Positions 48,748 through 57,647 of a stretch of 64,000 nucleotides of DNA are shown here, in pieces. The translations under genes were made by a program, and so were the position numbers. The notes under the pieces are model-generated. The model ran no database searches. It was not told where the DNA came from and saw only the letters and a program-made list of their open reading frames with translations. Every line of letters begins with the position of its first letter. Positions within the stretch are counted from its first letter, which is position 1. Source of the stretch: Acidimicrobiia bacterium (lineage in GTDB: Bacteria > Actinomycetota > Acidimicrobiia > Spongiisociales > Spongiisociaceae); assembly GCA_003229305.1 (NCBI GenBank), contig QIDH01000057.1, positions 1,702 to 65,701 of the forward strand. Direction: 5' to 3'.

Positions 48748-49619
48748 ATCACCAAGCCGGTCGTTATCAGGACCGCGACCACGAGTTGCAGCCTGGCGGT
48801 CCCCTTCAACAGCGCCACCAGCGGCGGGCCCTCCACCTCGCGCCTGACAATCCGGTCGAGTGGGATTGCCAGCGGTATTGCTGCCAGCCCGGCCAGACCG
48901 CCGACCGGCACTGTACCAAAGACGACGCCTGAGACCAGGGCCAAGAAGGCTCCGCCCACCAGGCCCTGATACAGCAGCACGGTCCTCGGCCGTCCGAGGA
49001 TCACTGCCAAGGTGCGCTTGCCGACCCTGGCGTCCGTCTCGATGTCACGCACGTTGTTGGCGACCAGGATCGCGGTCACCAGGCCACCCATCGGGATGGC
49101 CAGCTGCCAGACAGAGGCCGGCGCCGAGGAGTCGTGTACGTAGCGGCTCGCGACCGTCGCCACCAGCCCGAAGAACAAGAAGACGAACACCTCGCCTAGT
49201 CCCCGGTATCCATAGGGAATTGGGCCGCCTACGTAGCCAAGGGTCGCGATGATGCTCAGCACGCCTATGGCGATGATCACCCAGCCGGCGATGATGGTCA
49301 TCCAGATCCCAGCCAGCGCCGCCACGCCAAAGGCGACCCAAACGCCGGTCCACACGTCCTTGGCCGTAAGGAGGCCGGTTGCCACGGCCCGAGGAGGCCC
49401 GATCCGGTCCTTGGGATCTGCACCCCGCTTGGCGTCTGAGGCGTCGTTGGCAAAATTGGCCGCGACCTGGATGGCCAAAGCACCGATGAGAGCTGCGACT
49501 AGGGCGTCTACTCGAAACACGTCGTCGAACACGGCCAGGCCGGCGCCGACCACGACAGGGGCGACTGCGGCGGGAAGGGTGTGCGGACGGGCCGCCAGGA
49601 TCCAGGGATTGCGAGGCAC
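48732..49619 (-). CDS. menA: 1,4-dihydroxy-2-naphthoate prenyltransferase
   Basis: WILAARPHTL, NFANDASD, YGYRGLGE, NNVRDIETD..GKRTLA. Confidence 0.95.
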   Translation of the reverse strand: MPRNPWILAARPHTLPAAVAPVVVGAGLAVFDDVFRVDALVAALIGALAIQVAANFANDASDAKRGADPKDRIGPPRAVATGLLTAKDVWTGVWVAFGVAALAGIWMTIIAGWVIIAIGVLSIIATLGYVGGPIPYGYRGLGEVFVFLFFGLVATVASRYVHDSSAPASVWQLAIPMGGLVTAILVANNVRDIETDARVGKRTLAVILGRPRTVLLYQGLVGGAFLALVSGVVFGTVPVGGLAGLAAIPLAIPLDRIVRREVEGPPLVALLKGTARLQLVVAVLITTGLVIQRFV

Positions 49620-49641
49620 CGAGGTAGTTTTACCTGTCGAG

Positions 49642-50079
49642 ATGTCTGATGCGAACGCAGATCTGCCGGTGCGCCAAGGGCTGACCATCGCCGGAGGAGA
49701 ACTCGAGTGGTCCTTCGGACCGAGCGGGGGCCCAGGCGGTCAGCATGCCAACCGCGCCCACACCAGGGTGGAGCTGCGTTTTGATGTCGGCGCGAGCCCG
49801 TCGATCGATGAACGATCGCGTCCCAGGATCATCAAGAACCTTGGCAATCGGGTAAGGGGCGGTGCGATGGTGGTGGTGGTCGACGAGTCCCGATCTCAGT
49901 TTCGCAATCGGCAGATCGCCCGCCGCCGGCTGGCCGACCTGTTGGCTGAGGCGGCCAAACCTCCCGCTCAGCCGAGAAGAGCGACCAAACCGAGCCGGTC
50001 GGCCCGTCGCCGACGAATGGAAGAAAAGAAGCGCAGAGGCGACGTCAAGCGCCTCCGCGGCCGACCGGACGACGACTGA
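49642..50079 (+). CDS. arfB: Alternative ribosome rescue factor B (peptidyl-tRNA hydrolase)
   Basis: SGGPGGQHAN, RSQFRNR, basic tail RRATKPS..RR..KK..K.LR. Confidence 0.93.
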   Translation: MSDANADLPVRQGLTIAGGELEWSFGPSGGPGGQHANRAHTRVELRFDVGASPSIDERSRPRIIKNLGNRVRGGAMVVVVDESRSQFRNRQIARRRLADLLAEAAKPPAQPRRATKPSRSARRRRMEEKKRRGDVKRLRGRPDDD

Positions 50080-50640
50080 TCAAACGCCCTGCGGTTTGGG
50101 CGAGATCGGGGAGGTGTCCTTGTTGGTGGCGATAGTTTCGACATCCCAAAGGTCCGAGATCTGGAGGGCCCGCGGACACTGGCCATACGCCTCATCGACG
50201 GTGATCAGCAGTCCCTGTTGGAGAGCCGCCCGATCGTCTGGGTTGTTCACTTCGACTGCGATCCCGTGTTCCTCGAGCGCGGTCAGATCGACCACCTCGC
50301 CGCGACCGTTGACTCTGGCCGAATGGCCAAGTCCAGGGATCAGGAAACAGAGTGCGACATGAGGGTTGGTGTCGAGGTTTTCGTACGACTGGAAAAGGCG
50401 ATTGCCTTTGACGTCAAGCAAGATCAGGTGGCGATCATCTATGACCTTGACGAAACCGGGCTTGCCGCCCTTGGGGGACGCGTCGCAGTTGCCTTCGGAG
50501 TCAGCGGTCGACAGAACCGCGAACGGGGAGGCGCGGATGAACTCTTGGACCCACGGATGCATGTGATCACGGACTTTGGCGATGACCCGATCGTTCGGAC
50601 TGCCGTGGGCATCGTGGAAACGGTTCTTCGTGAACGTCAT
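50080..50640 (-). CDS. Pyridoxamine 5'-phosphate oxidase-like FMN-binding protein
   Basis: SPFAVLST, DASPKGG.PGFV, GNRL, FLIPG, CPRA. Confidence 0.9.
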   Translation of the reverse strand: MTFTKNRFHDAHGSPNDRVIAKVRDHMHPWVQEFIRASPFAVLSTADSEGNCDASPKGGKPGFVKVIDDRHLILLDVKGNRLFQSYENLDTNPHVALCFLIPGLGHSARVNGRGEVVDLTALEEHGIAVEVNNPDDRAALQQGLLITVDEAYGQCPRALQISDLWDVETIATNKDTSPISPKPQGV

Positions 50641-50649
50641 CGCCAGAAT

Positions 50650-51579
50650 CTACTCCGGATTCCGACGTCCGGAATCACCGATCGGCAGGTCTTGGGTGAA
50701 CAGGTGCTCTGGGATCGGGGCGCCGACTCGCATGAGGGCCAGCTTCCACGAAGGCGAGGCTCCCATCGCCCAACGGAGAATCTTGATGAGCAGCCGGCCG
50801 GCCACTATCGCCCCTGGGTAGGCCTTGATTCCCAGCACGACCCGGATCCGTTCGGGAGTTGTTGCAGACGCCGCCCAGAACATGATCTTGTAGCCGGCCT
50901 TGAGCGTTGGGCGGAGCGGCGGGCTCTTCAGGAACTCAATGGCGCCGACCAGGCCAGGCGACCCACCGAGGTCAGGATGATCTCTCACCCACGAAGCCAA
51001 TGCGGCCGCGCTGCTCGGCAGCGGGCTCGCATCCAACAAGGCGCCGACCGTCGTCTGTTCCGCGACGAATCTGTCGGCGTCTTCTTCGCTGAGTGGCTCC
51101 CTGCCGAATGTGCGATACGAGGTGAGGAACGAATCCGTGAGGGCGTTGTGGACCCACGCGGCAAGATCGGCCTGGTCGGCCGAATATGGGCGGCCTCGCT
51201 CCGACGTTCCGCTGACAGGCCGATGGGCACCACGAACCCTGCCAACGGCCACCTTGACTTCCGGCATCGATCCGTAGGCCACCGACGTGACATATGAACT
51301 GGTCCTCGACAGACGTCCGAGCGGATCTTCGCGGTACTCGGAATGCTGAAACACGCCGGCGGCAACCTCGGGGTGGGCTGCTTGAACGAGCAGTGCCCGG
51401 ATCCCACCGATGAAACTCGCCACGTCGGACATGACCACCCACGTCGCTGAATCCGGCCCAAACAATCCGGGATCACCGCGATGTTTGAGCGTGTCGGCGA
51501 GTGGATAGTCGGCGTGGCGGAACGGGCTGGCGGCGGCCCTCGTCAGCCGGGAACGAACGGAAGTGAGAAGCCCAGACAC
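50650..51579 (-). CDS. MpaB/DUF2236 family oxygenase-like protein
   Basis: DPGLFGPDS, GGIRALLVQAAHP, DPLGRLSRT, H..V.G, AWVH. Confidence 0.88.
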   Translation of the reverse strand: MSGLLTSVRSRLTRAAASPFRHADYPLADTLKHRGDPGLFGPDSATWVVMSDVASFIGGIRALLVQAAHPEVAAGVFQHSEYREDPLGRLSRTSSYVTSVAYGSMPEVKVAVGRVRGAHRPVSGTSERGRPYSADQADLAAWVHNALTDSFLTSYRTFGREPLSEEDADRFVAEQTTVGALLDASPLPSSAAALASWVRDHPDLGGSPGLVGAIEFLKSPPLRPTLKAGYKIMFWAASATTPERIRVVLGIKAYPGAIVAGRLLIKILRWAMGASPSWKLALMRVGAPIPEHLFTQDLPIGDSGRRNPE

Positions 51580-51630
51580 GATGCACCCGAGTCTTCCACG
51601 AGCCGGCTGTTGTGCAAGTCGACAGATGGA

Positions 51631-51720
51631 TGCAACGTTTCGGTGCTGATTGCGTTCACCGTCCATTCCGCGGCTGGTAGCTCCGAAGATGGCGTGCAAC
51701 GCTTCGGGTATGCGGAGCGT
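51631..51720 (+). promoter_or_regulatory. Two tandem ECF-type promoters
   Basis: TGCAAC-16-CGTT (51631-51656) and TGCAAC-17-CGT (51695-51720) upstream of the sigma gene. Confidence 0.55.
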
Positions 51721-51729
51721 GGATGTGGT

Positions 51730-52179
51730 GTGAGTGACGAGATGATCTACCGGTCGGTGGCAGGCGACCTGGTTCGTTACGCGACTGCCCTCGTTGGGCC
51801 AAATGACGCCGCCGATGTGGTTTCGAGCGTCATCACTAGAGCGGTTGCGAGACGGGGTGGGCTCACGGGGATTCGTGAGGCGCGGCCCTACTTGATGCGA
51901 GCGGTGCTGAACGAAGTTCGAACCCGCCACCGCACACGGGTCCGACGACCGTTGGTTCCGTTGCCCGATGGCCGAGATCTTGGGGTCAGGGACGATCTCG
52001 ATCTGACCCTTGAGCTGATTGACATATTGCCGCCCAGGCAGCGGGCGGCCGCGTTTCTCGTCTATTGGCAAGGGTGTTCGGCGCCCGAAGCCGCCGAACT
52101 GATGGGATGCCGGCCGGCCACAGTTCGGCGCTACCTGCATCTCGCCCGCAACAAACTGGAGGGTGCCTTCGATGACTGA
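51730..52179 (+). CDS. ECF sigma-70 factor
   Basis: Region 2 DAADVV..YLMRAVLN; region 4 LPPRQRAA..EAAELMG..TVRRYLHLARNKL. Confidence 0.9.
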   Translation: MSDEMIYRSVAGDLVRYATALVGPNDAADVVSSVITRAVARRGGLTGIREARPYLMRAVLNEVRTRHRTRVRRPLVPLPDGRDLGVRDDLDLTLELIDILPPRQRAAAFLVYWQGCSAPEAAELMGCRPATVRRYLHLARNKLEGAFDD

Positions 52180-53416
52180 GCGATACCGCATTGCATTCGA
52201 CACACTGGTTGATCGGACGCCGGAGCCCCCCGCCTGGGAGGAGATCCCTCGATCGAGTGCGGTTCGTGACAGGCGGGTGATCATCGGACCGCGGCGGGCT
52301 GTGCTTGCCGCATTGATCCTAGTTGTGAGCTTTGGGGTAGTCGCCTGGTTGGTGCGCGGCATCGGCGGAGCGGAAGCGGCGGCTGCGTCGGTCGATCTCG
52401 TGGAGCTCACCTGGTCTCAAGACGTGACCCTCATTTGCGAAGGGGGTGACATAGTCGACAACAACGGATTCGATGACGCGACGATCAAGATTTACGGCCC
52501 TAGCCCCGACGACTTCTGGCGGGTGGAGGCCACCGCCCCAGATGGATCGAACGTTTTCTTTGTATACGAAGGCGGCCAGATCCCGGCTCTGCGTTCCTGG
52601 CAGGATCCTGCCCCTATCACGACCAATAGCCAGTGGCCATTCAGAGACGCGGAATGCCGCTATCCGACAGTTGGATTTTCCATGTCCAAATCACCCGTTC
52701 AGCCCATTGGCAACCTCCTCACGAGCTTCGCCACGACTCGAATCACCGAGCCGTCAGGGCGAGAGACCGACTTGGTGGCTTCTTTGAACGAGCATCCCTC
52801 CGTGACGACATCGGAGGCGATCTGGCGGGGTCTTCCGGTTATCGTTTTCACGGAGGAGCGGCAGTCGCTTGATGACCTCGGACGATCGCGTTTCTTTTCA
52901 TTCGAGCGGTGGATAGACGTTGAAGCCGGGCGGGTCGAGCGGCAGCTGAGAGTGGAAGACCAAGAGGGGCTCGGTTTGGTTAGGTCCGAGTTCCGCGTGA
53001 CTGCTCGCAGCAGCGTCGCTTTCGACCCGGCTCTGTTCGACGCTGAAGGCATGCAGATCGTGATGGACACCACCGGGGGCGATGTCGAGGACGCTGGACC
53101 TGTGGCCGTGACAAGCTCGATCCCGCCACTCGCTACGCCTCTGATGGCTGGCGCCGAATCCGCTGAACTCGCTGACCTTCCTGGTGCGGATCTTGGCGAA
53201 GCCCGCATCGGAGACAGGTTCTACCGGGTCCCTGACACCGAAGCCGTCTTCGTTCGGTTGCGCATCGGCGAGCCGCCTCTCCTGTTCGCGACATCCTGTT
53301 CGGATCTCACCGCGGTGGATCTCCCGGAAGGGTGGACAGGACTGTGCGGCGAACGTGAGATCGACGGCGAGACTCAGACCGGAAAATTCTCATACCAAGA
53401 TGTCGTCGCAGGCTGA
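52172..53416 (+). CDS. Putative membrane anti-sigma factor with large extracellular domain
   Basis: Overlaps the sigma gene 3' end; short cytoplasmic N-terminus, one TM helix. Confidence 0.65.
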   Translation: MTERYRIAFDTLVDRTPEPPAWEEIPRSSAVRDRRVIIGPRRAVLAALILVVSFGVVAWLVRGIGGAEAAAASVDLVELTWSQDVTLICEGGDIVDNNGFDDATIKIYGPSPDDFWRVEATAPDGSNVFFVYEGGQIPALRSWQDPAPITTNSQWPFRDAECRYPTVGFSMSKSPVQPIGNLLTSFATTRITEPSGRETDLVASLNEHPSVTTSEAIWRGLPVIVFTEERQSLDDLGRSRFFSFERWIDVEAGRVERQLRVEDQEGLGLVRSEFRVTARSSVAFDPALFDAEGMQIVMDTTGGDVEDAGPVAVTSSIPPLATPLMAGAESAELADLPGADLGEARIGDRFYRVPDTEAVFVRLRIGEPPLLFATSCSDLTAVDLPEGWTGLCGEREIDGETQTGKFSYQDVVAG

Positions 53417-53511
53417 ACCGGGGCCCTGGATGTCGATGAGACCCACGCCGAAGGAAACCGACGCCTCGTCCTCCTCGCATCTCGGACCTCGTCGGCGGGG
53501 CAGATCGTGGG

Positions 53512-54054
53512 CTATTCGTCGTGGCCGTCGCCTTCGTCAGCTGGGGCCTCGTCGTGGTCGGCGTCTTCTTCGGCCGCGTCTTCGTCGTGGTCTCCGGCTG
53601 GGGCACCGATCATGTCGCGCCAGTCCGGGCGGTCGGGGGCGTCTGGTTCGAATGCCCGCAGGTAGGTGACCACCGCTCTGATCTGCTCGGAGGTGAGTGG
53701 GCCGCCGAAGTCGAGGGCGTAGGCGCTCATTTCGCTGCCGGGGATTCCGACCGAGACGAGCAGTTGGATCTGGTCGTTGGTTGCCGAGGTCAGGAACTGT
53801 TTGGAATTGAGGGCAGGGGCATCGACGCCCTGGCCGTCGGCTCCGTGACATGAGGCACAGCTAAGCGCGAATATCTGGCTGCCCTGGCTCACCAGCGACT
53901 CTGTGTTGGCGACGCGGGCTTCTTCGCGAGCTGTCGGCTCGATCAGCCGGTAGAGGGGGAAGGCCAGTACTAGGGCGAACATGAGGATCCCGCCCACCAT
54001 CATCAGGCGGTTGGTCGATTCCTCGAGTTCTGGATCATGGGTGTAGCCGGGCAT
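53512..54054 (-). CDS. Membrane-anchored monoheme cytochrome c
   Basis: N-terminal TM, CASCH, distal Met in GSEMSAY, acidic/His-rich tail. Confidence 0.92.
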   Translation of the reverse strand: MPGYTHDPELEESTNRLMMVGGILMFALVLAFPLYRLIEPTAREEARVANTESLVSQGSQIFALSCASCHGADGQGVDAPALNSKQFLTSATNDQIQLLVSVGIPGSEMSAYALDFGGPLTSEQIRAVVTYLRAFEPDAPDRPDWRDMIGAPAGDHDEDAAEEDADHDEAPADEGDGHDE

Positions 54055-54557
54055 CAGGCCTCCTCAACGCAAGGTGGTCCTTTGGGCGGTTCGTCAATTA
54101 CTTCGCCGCCAGGAGGTGGGCCTTCGATGATGGTTGAAGTGTCGATGAGGACTATCCCGTCCTGGATCTCGATCGGAAACCGGTCGAGACCGCGTGGAGC
54201 CGGACCGGCCCGATAGTCGCCGGCCCTGTTGAACACCGAGCCGTGGCACGGGCACTCAAACTGCCCAGACGTATCACACCACGGCACTCGGCATCCGAGG
54301 TGGGTGCACTTCCAATACAACGCGGTGATCTCACCATTGATTGTCGTCAGGTAGGCCCTCGCCCCTGGGATCGTGAGAACTTCGGCGTCCGTTGGGACTG
54401 CGTCGACGGGCGCTCCTCGGATTTGCCCGCCGAAGCCGCCAGTATCGATCGGCTGCAACAGGTCCCAAGAGGTCCAGGCGCCCGCCGCACCCATCAATCC
54501 TGCCCCCCATACCCACATGTTCGAGAGGAACGCCCTTCTTGTGATGATCTCGCTCAT
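54054..54557 (-). CDS. Rieske [2Fe-2S] protein
   Basis: Tat signal TRRAFL, CTHLGC, CPCHGS. Confidence 0.95.
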   Translation of the reverse strand: MSEIITRRAFLSNMWVWGAGLMGAAGAWTSWDLLQPIDTGGFGGQIRGAPVDAVPTDAEVLTIPGARAYLTTINGEITALYWKCTHLGCRVPWCDTSGQFECPCHGSVFNRAGDYRAGPAPRGLDRFPIEIQDGIVLIDTSTIIEGPPPGGEVIDEPPKGPPCVEEA

Positions 54558-55126
54558 AGTTCTCCGTACCATTCGTTCCAGGGCCAAACCCAACCCCAGT
54601 TCGGGCCCCTAAAGGCGAAACCGACGAGGGTGAGGATGATCCAGATTCCCAAGAATGCGGTGAACGCAGTAATCGCAACCTTTCGATGTCGTGGTTTCAG
54701 ATAGGCATTGCGGTCGAGGTATGGCAGGGCCGCAAGACCAAAGAGGATGCCGGTCGGAACGAGGATGCCCGCCACCAGTGGATGAAAATGGGCCAGCAGC
54801 TCCTGAAGGGCCGCAAAATACCAGGGAGCCTTTTCCGGGTTGGGGGTCAGGTTCGGATTGGCGATCTCCCTGAGCGGGGCGTCGAATAACAGCGCCAGTA
54901 GCAGCACCAGCAGCATGACGGCCAGAGCGGCGACCGCGTGGCGCACCAACAGGTGCGGCCACACCATGACGGCGTCTTCATCGATGAGGTCCTTGCTCTC
55001 GCCCGTAGACGGCTTGCCTGGGACCACGCCGAGCACCCTGCGGCCGTCGATCAGCTTGGGCTCGCTGGTGAGCGTGTACGCCTCGCCGGCCAGGGGCGAT
55101 TCTTCGTTCTCCGTCTGGTCACTCAC
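54554..55126 (-). CDS. Cytochrome b6-type subunit IV (C-terminal half of cytochrome b)
   Basis: WPHLL, ANPNLTPNPEKAPWYF..QELL, PYLDRN. Confidence 0.9.
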   Translation of the reverse strand: MSDQTENEESPLAGEAYTLTSEPKLIDGRRVLGVVPGKPSTGESKDLIDEDAVMVWPHLLVRHAVAALAVMLLVLLLALLFDAPLREIANPNLTPNPEKAPWYFAALQELLAHFHPLVAGILVPTGILFGLAALPYLDRNAYLKPRHRKVAITAFTAFLGIWIILTLVGFAFRGPNWGWVWPWNEWYGEL

Positions 55127-55848
55127 GGTTCGCTCCTCTCCATATCGAGCATCGAATCCTTCCGCCAGCGCCACAGGTGCACCGCGAGCACGACGACGAG
55201 GACGGCCGGCAGCAGGGCGACATGGAGCACGTAGAAGCGGATCAGGGTGGAGGCGCCAACGGCCGGTCCGCCCAGCAGGATCTCCGAAACCCGGTCTCCG
55301 ATGAACGGGACATATGTGGCCATCCCGGTTCCCACGGTCACCGCCCAGTAGGCCAGCTGATCCCATGGGAGCAGGTACCCGGTGAACGACAACAGCAGGG
55401 TCAACAAGAGCAACACCACCCCGATAACCCAGTTGAATTCACGGGGAGACTTGTAGGCCCCTCTGTAGAAGACCCTGGCCATGTGGAAGGAGACCGCCAA
55501 GACCATCAGGTGGGCAGACCATCGATGCACGTTGCGGATGTATTGGCCGAAGGCCACCTGGGTTTCGAGGTTGATGATGTCGCCGTAGGCATTGGCAGGC
55601 GAAGGCACATAGAAGAACATCAGGTAGACCCCTGACGCCACCAGAGATCCAAAGAGAACAGTCGAGATCGCCCCCAGGTACCAGGAGTACCGAAAGCTGA
55701 TCTCCTTGCGTCGCATCTTGACCGGGTAGATATGAAGGAAGAAGTTCGCCCAATGCCCAGCTGCCACATCGCGGGTGGTCACCCGGTCTGGCGCTCGGAA
55801 GAACGAACGTCCCATCATGCTGTGTCTGACTCGGTCCATCACCTTCAT
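55123..55848 (-). CDS. Cytochrome b6-like protein (N-terminal half of cytochrome b)
   Basis: VHRWSAHLM..FHMARVF, PREFNW, FTGYLLPWDQLAYWA, RFYVLH..H. Confidence 0.95.
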   Translation of the reverse strand: MKVMDRVRHSMMGRSFFRAPDRVTTRDVAAGHWANFFLHIYPVKMRRKEISFRYSWYLGAISTVLFGSLVASGVYLMFFYVPSPANAYGDIINLETQVAFGQYIRNVHRWSAHLMVLAVSFHMARVFYRGAYKSPREFNWVIGVVLLLLTLLLSFTGYLLPWDQLAYWAVTVGTGMATYVPFIGDRVSEILLGGPAVGASTLIRFYVLHVALLPAVLVVVLAVHLWRWRKDSMLDMERSEP

Positions 55849-57647
55849 GCCGGTACTCCCACTCCAGTCCAGACTCCCATGGACAGAGCGTCCACCGGGC
55901 AACGTTCGATGCAAAGGGCACATCTGATGCATTTGTTTTCATCGAGCAATAGGGCGGTCCCGCCGGTGCGATCCGGTTCGACTTGCTCAGAGGGCACGAG
56001 CGTGATGAGGTCGAACGGGCACACCTCGGCACATAGTGCGCACAGGACGCAACGCTCCGTGTCGAGCAGAATGTTGGCGAAACAGCGCAGGCATCGCTGC
56101 GCTTCGCAGCGGGCCATCTCCTCGGTGAAACCGGTCTCGACCACGGTGAGTCCGATGCGGCGTTTGGTGGGGATGGTCGGGACGTCGACCCGGCCGATCC
56201 GGTCGTAGATGTCGTCGAGACGGTGGAACTGCTCCAATTTCACGATCTTGCCTGGCTGCTCCTGTTCCGGCGCGCCACCAAAATGGGCGTTGATCGAAGC
56301 GGCCGCCTTGCGTCCATCCGCGATCGCGTCGATGAGCGTTCGTGGTCCTTTGGCCGCGTCCCCTCCCGACCAGATTCCGTCTATCGAGGTTCGGCCAGTT
56401 TCGGGGTCGACCTGGATCGTGCGGCGTGGACTTATCTCCGGGCCGGCTGATCCGAGCGAGTCGAGGTCGATTGCTTGGCCGATGGCGAGGATCACGGTGT
56501 CGGTGTCGAAGACCTCCCGATCGGATTCGTCGAACTTCGGTGCGAACCGGCGGTCCTCGTCGAACACAGACAGCACCCCGATCGTTTCGACGCCTTTCAC
56601 GCTCCCGTCTGCTGTGATGATGCGGGCCGGACCGCGCCGGTGTACAAAAGTTATGCCTTCCTTCTTGGCCTCCTCGACCTCGAAATGGTGGGCGGGCAGT
56701 TCCTCAGCCGACTCCAGAGAAATGACGGTGACGTCACGGGCTCCTGCCCTAGCCGCGCTGCGGGCAGCATCGATGGTGAGGGTCATGGTGTCCGAATCGG
56801 CCTCTTGGTCCTTCGAATCGGGCTCGGTCGGCCGTGTTCCAACCCCCGTCCTGGCGTATTCGGCGGCCCGCAAAGCGGTTCGGGCCGCGTCCATCGCCAC
56901 ATCTCCGCCCCCGATTACGACGACGCGTTCACCGATGTTCACGTCGAACCCACGGTTCATGTTGATCAGGAACTCGATTGCCTTGAACACACCATCGGCG
57001 TCGTGCCCCTCGATGTCGAGGCCGCGACCAAGAGTGGCACCGATGCCCAGGAACACGGCGTCGTGGCGTTCGCGCAGGTCATCCAGAGTCACCTCGGAAC
57101 CGAGTCGGGTGTCGTAGTGCACCTCGATTCCCAGGTCGAGGATGGAATTGATCTCCTTGCGGATCAGATCCCGGTCGAGCCGATACTCTGGGATGCCAAG
57201 CCACATCGCCCCGCCCAGCTTGTCCGTGGCCTCGTAGACCGTCACCTGGTACCCGCAGCGGCGAAGGTCATGAGCGGCGGACATGCCGGCCGGCCCGCCT
57301 CCTACTATGCCAACACTTTGCGGCTTGTCCTCAGCAGGCGGGGCCGCCACCTCCAGCCACTTCTTGCCGTTTTCCGACTCGGGTCCGTACTTTTCGGTGA
57401 CGAATCGTTTGAGGGCTCGGATAGCGATCGGTTGATCGATCTGACCTCGGCGGCAGGCATCTTCGCACGGGGCCGCGCAAACCCGTCCGCAGACCGAGGC
57501 GAATGGGTTGGGCAGGCGAGCACTCAGATAGGCGGTCTCGTCGTCGCCGTCTGCGATGGCGGCGACGTACATGCCGGCATTGGTGTGCACCGGGCAGGCC
57601 GCCAGGCATGGGATGTTCTCATCGAAGAACGAGAGCCCCTCGATCAT
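55845..57647 (-). CDS. GltD/DsrL-like FAD/NAD(P)H oxidoreductase with N-terminal Fe-S clusters and C-terminal 2x[4Fe-4S] ferredoxin
   Basis: CLAACP, CGRVCAAPCEDAC, GGGPAG, GIPEYRL, GGGDVAMD, CLRC, CVLCALCAEVCP, CIRCALCIERCP. Confidence 0.93.
   Translation of the reverse strand: MIEGLSFFDENIPCLAACPVHTNAGMYVAAIADGDDETAYLSARLPNPFASVCGRVCAAPCEDACRRGQIDQPIAIRALKRFVTEKYGPESENGKKWLEVAAPPAEDKPQSVGIVGGGPAGMSAAHDLRRCGYQVTVYEATDKLGGAMWLGIPEYRLDRDLIRKEINSILDLGIEVHYDTRLGSEVTLDDLRERHDAVFLGIGATLGRGLDIEGHDADGVFKAIEFLINMNRGFDVNIGERVVVIGGGDVAMDAARTALRAAEYARTGVGTRPTEPDSKDQEADSDTMTLTIDAARSAARAGARDVTVISLESAEELPAHHFEVEEAKKEGITFVHRRGPARIITADGSVKGVETIGVLSVFDEDRRFAPKFDESDREVFDTDTVILAIGQAIDLDSLGSAGPEISPRRTIQVDPETGRTSIDGIWSGGDAAKGPRTLIDAIADGRKAAASINAHFGGAPEQEQPGKIVKLEQFHRLDDIYDRIGRVDVPTIPTKRRIGLTVVETGFTEEMARCEAQRCLRCFANILLDTERCVLCALCAEVCPFDLITLVPSEQVEPDRTGGTALLLDENKCIRCALCIERCPVDALSMGVWTGVGVPA

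Noticed and set aside
49620-49641. Bidirectional leaderless promoter in the 22-bp menA/arfB gap
   Set aside because: A small palindrome AGGTA/TACCT exists, but no correctly spaced TANNNT on either strand
30888-50079. Long N-terminal extensions on dtd, the thioesterase, vapC and arfB suggesting fusions
   Set aside because: The extensions overlap neighbouring real genes; family motifs and start signals begin later
51580-52410. N-terminal 277 aa of the 586-aa minus-strand ORF
   Set aside because: It is the antisense shadow of the ECF sigma and anti-sigma genes; DUF2236 similarity begins near 51579
53417-53511. SRP RNA-like GAAGGAA motif
   Set aside because: The flanking helix-8 consensus and long stem are absent
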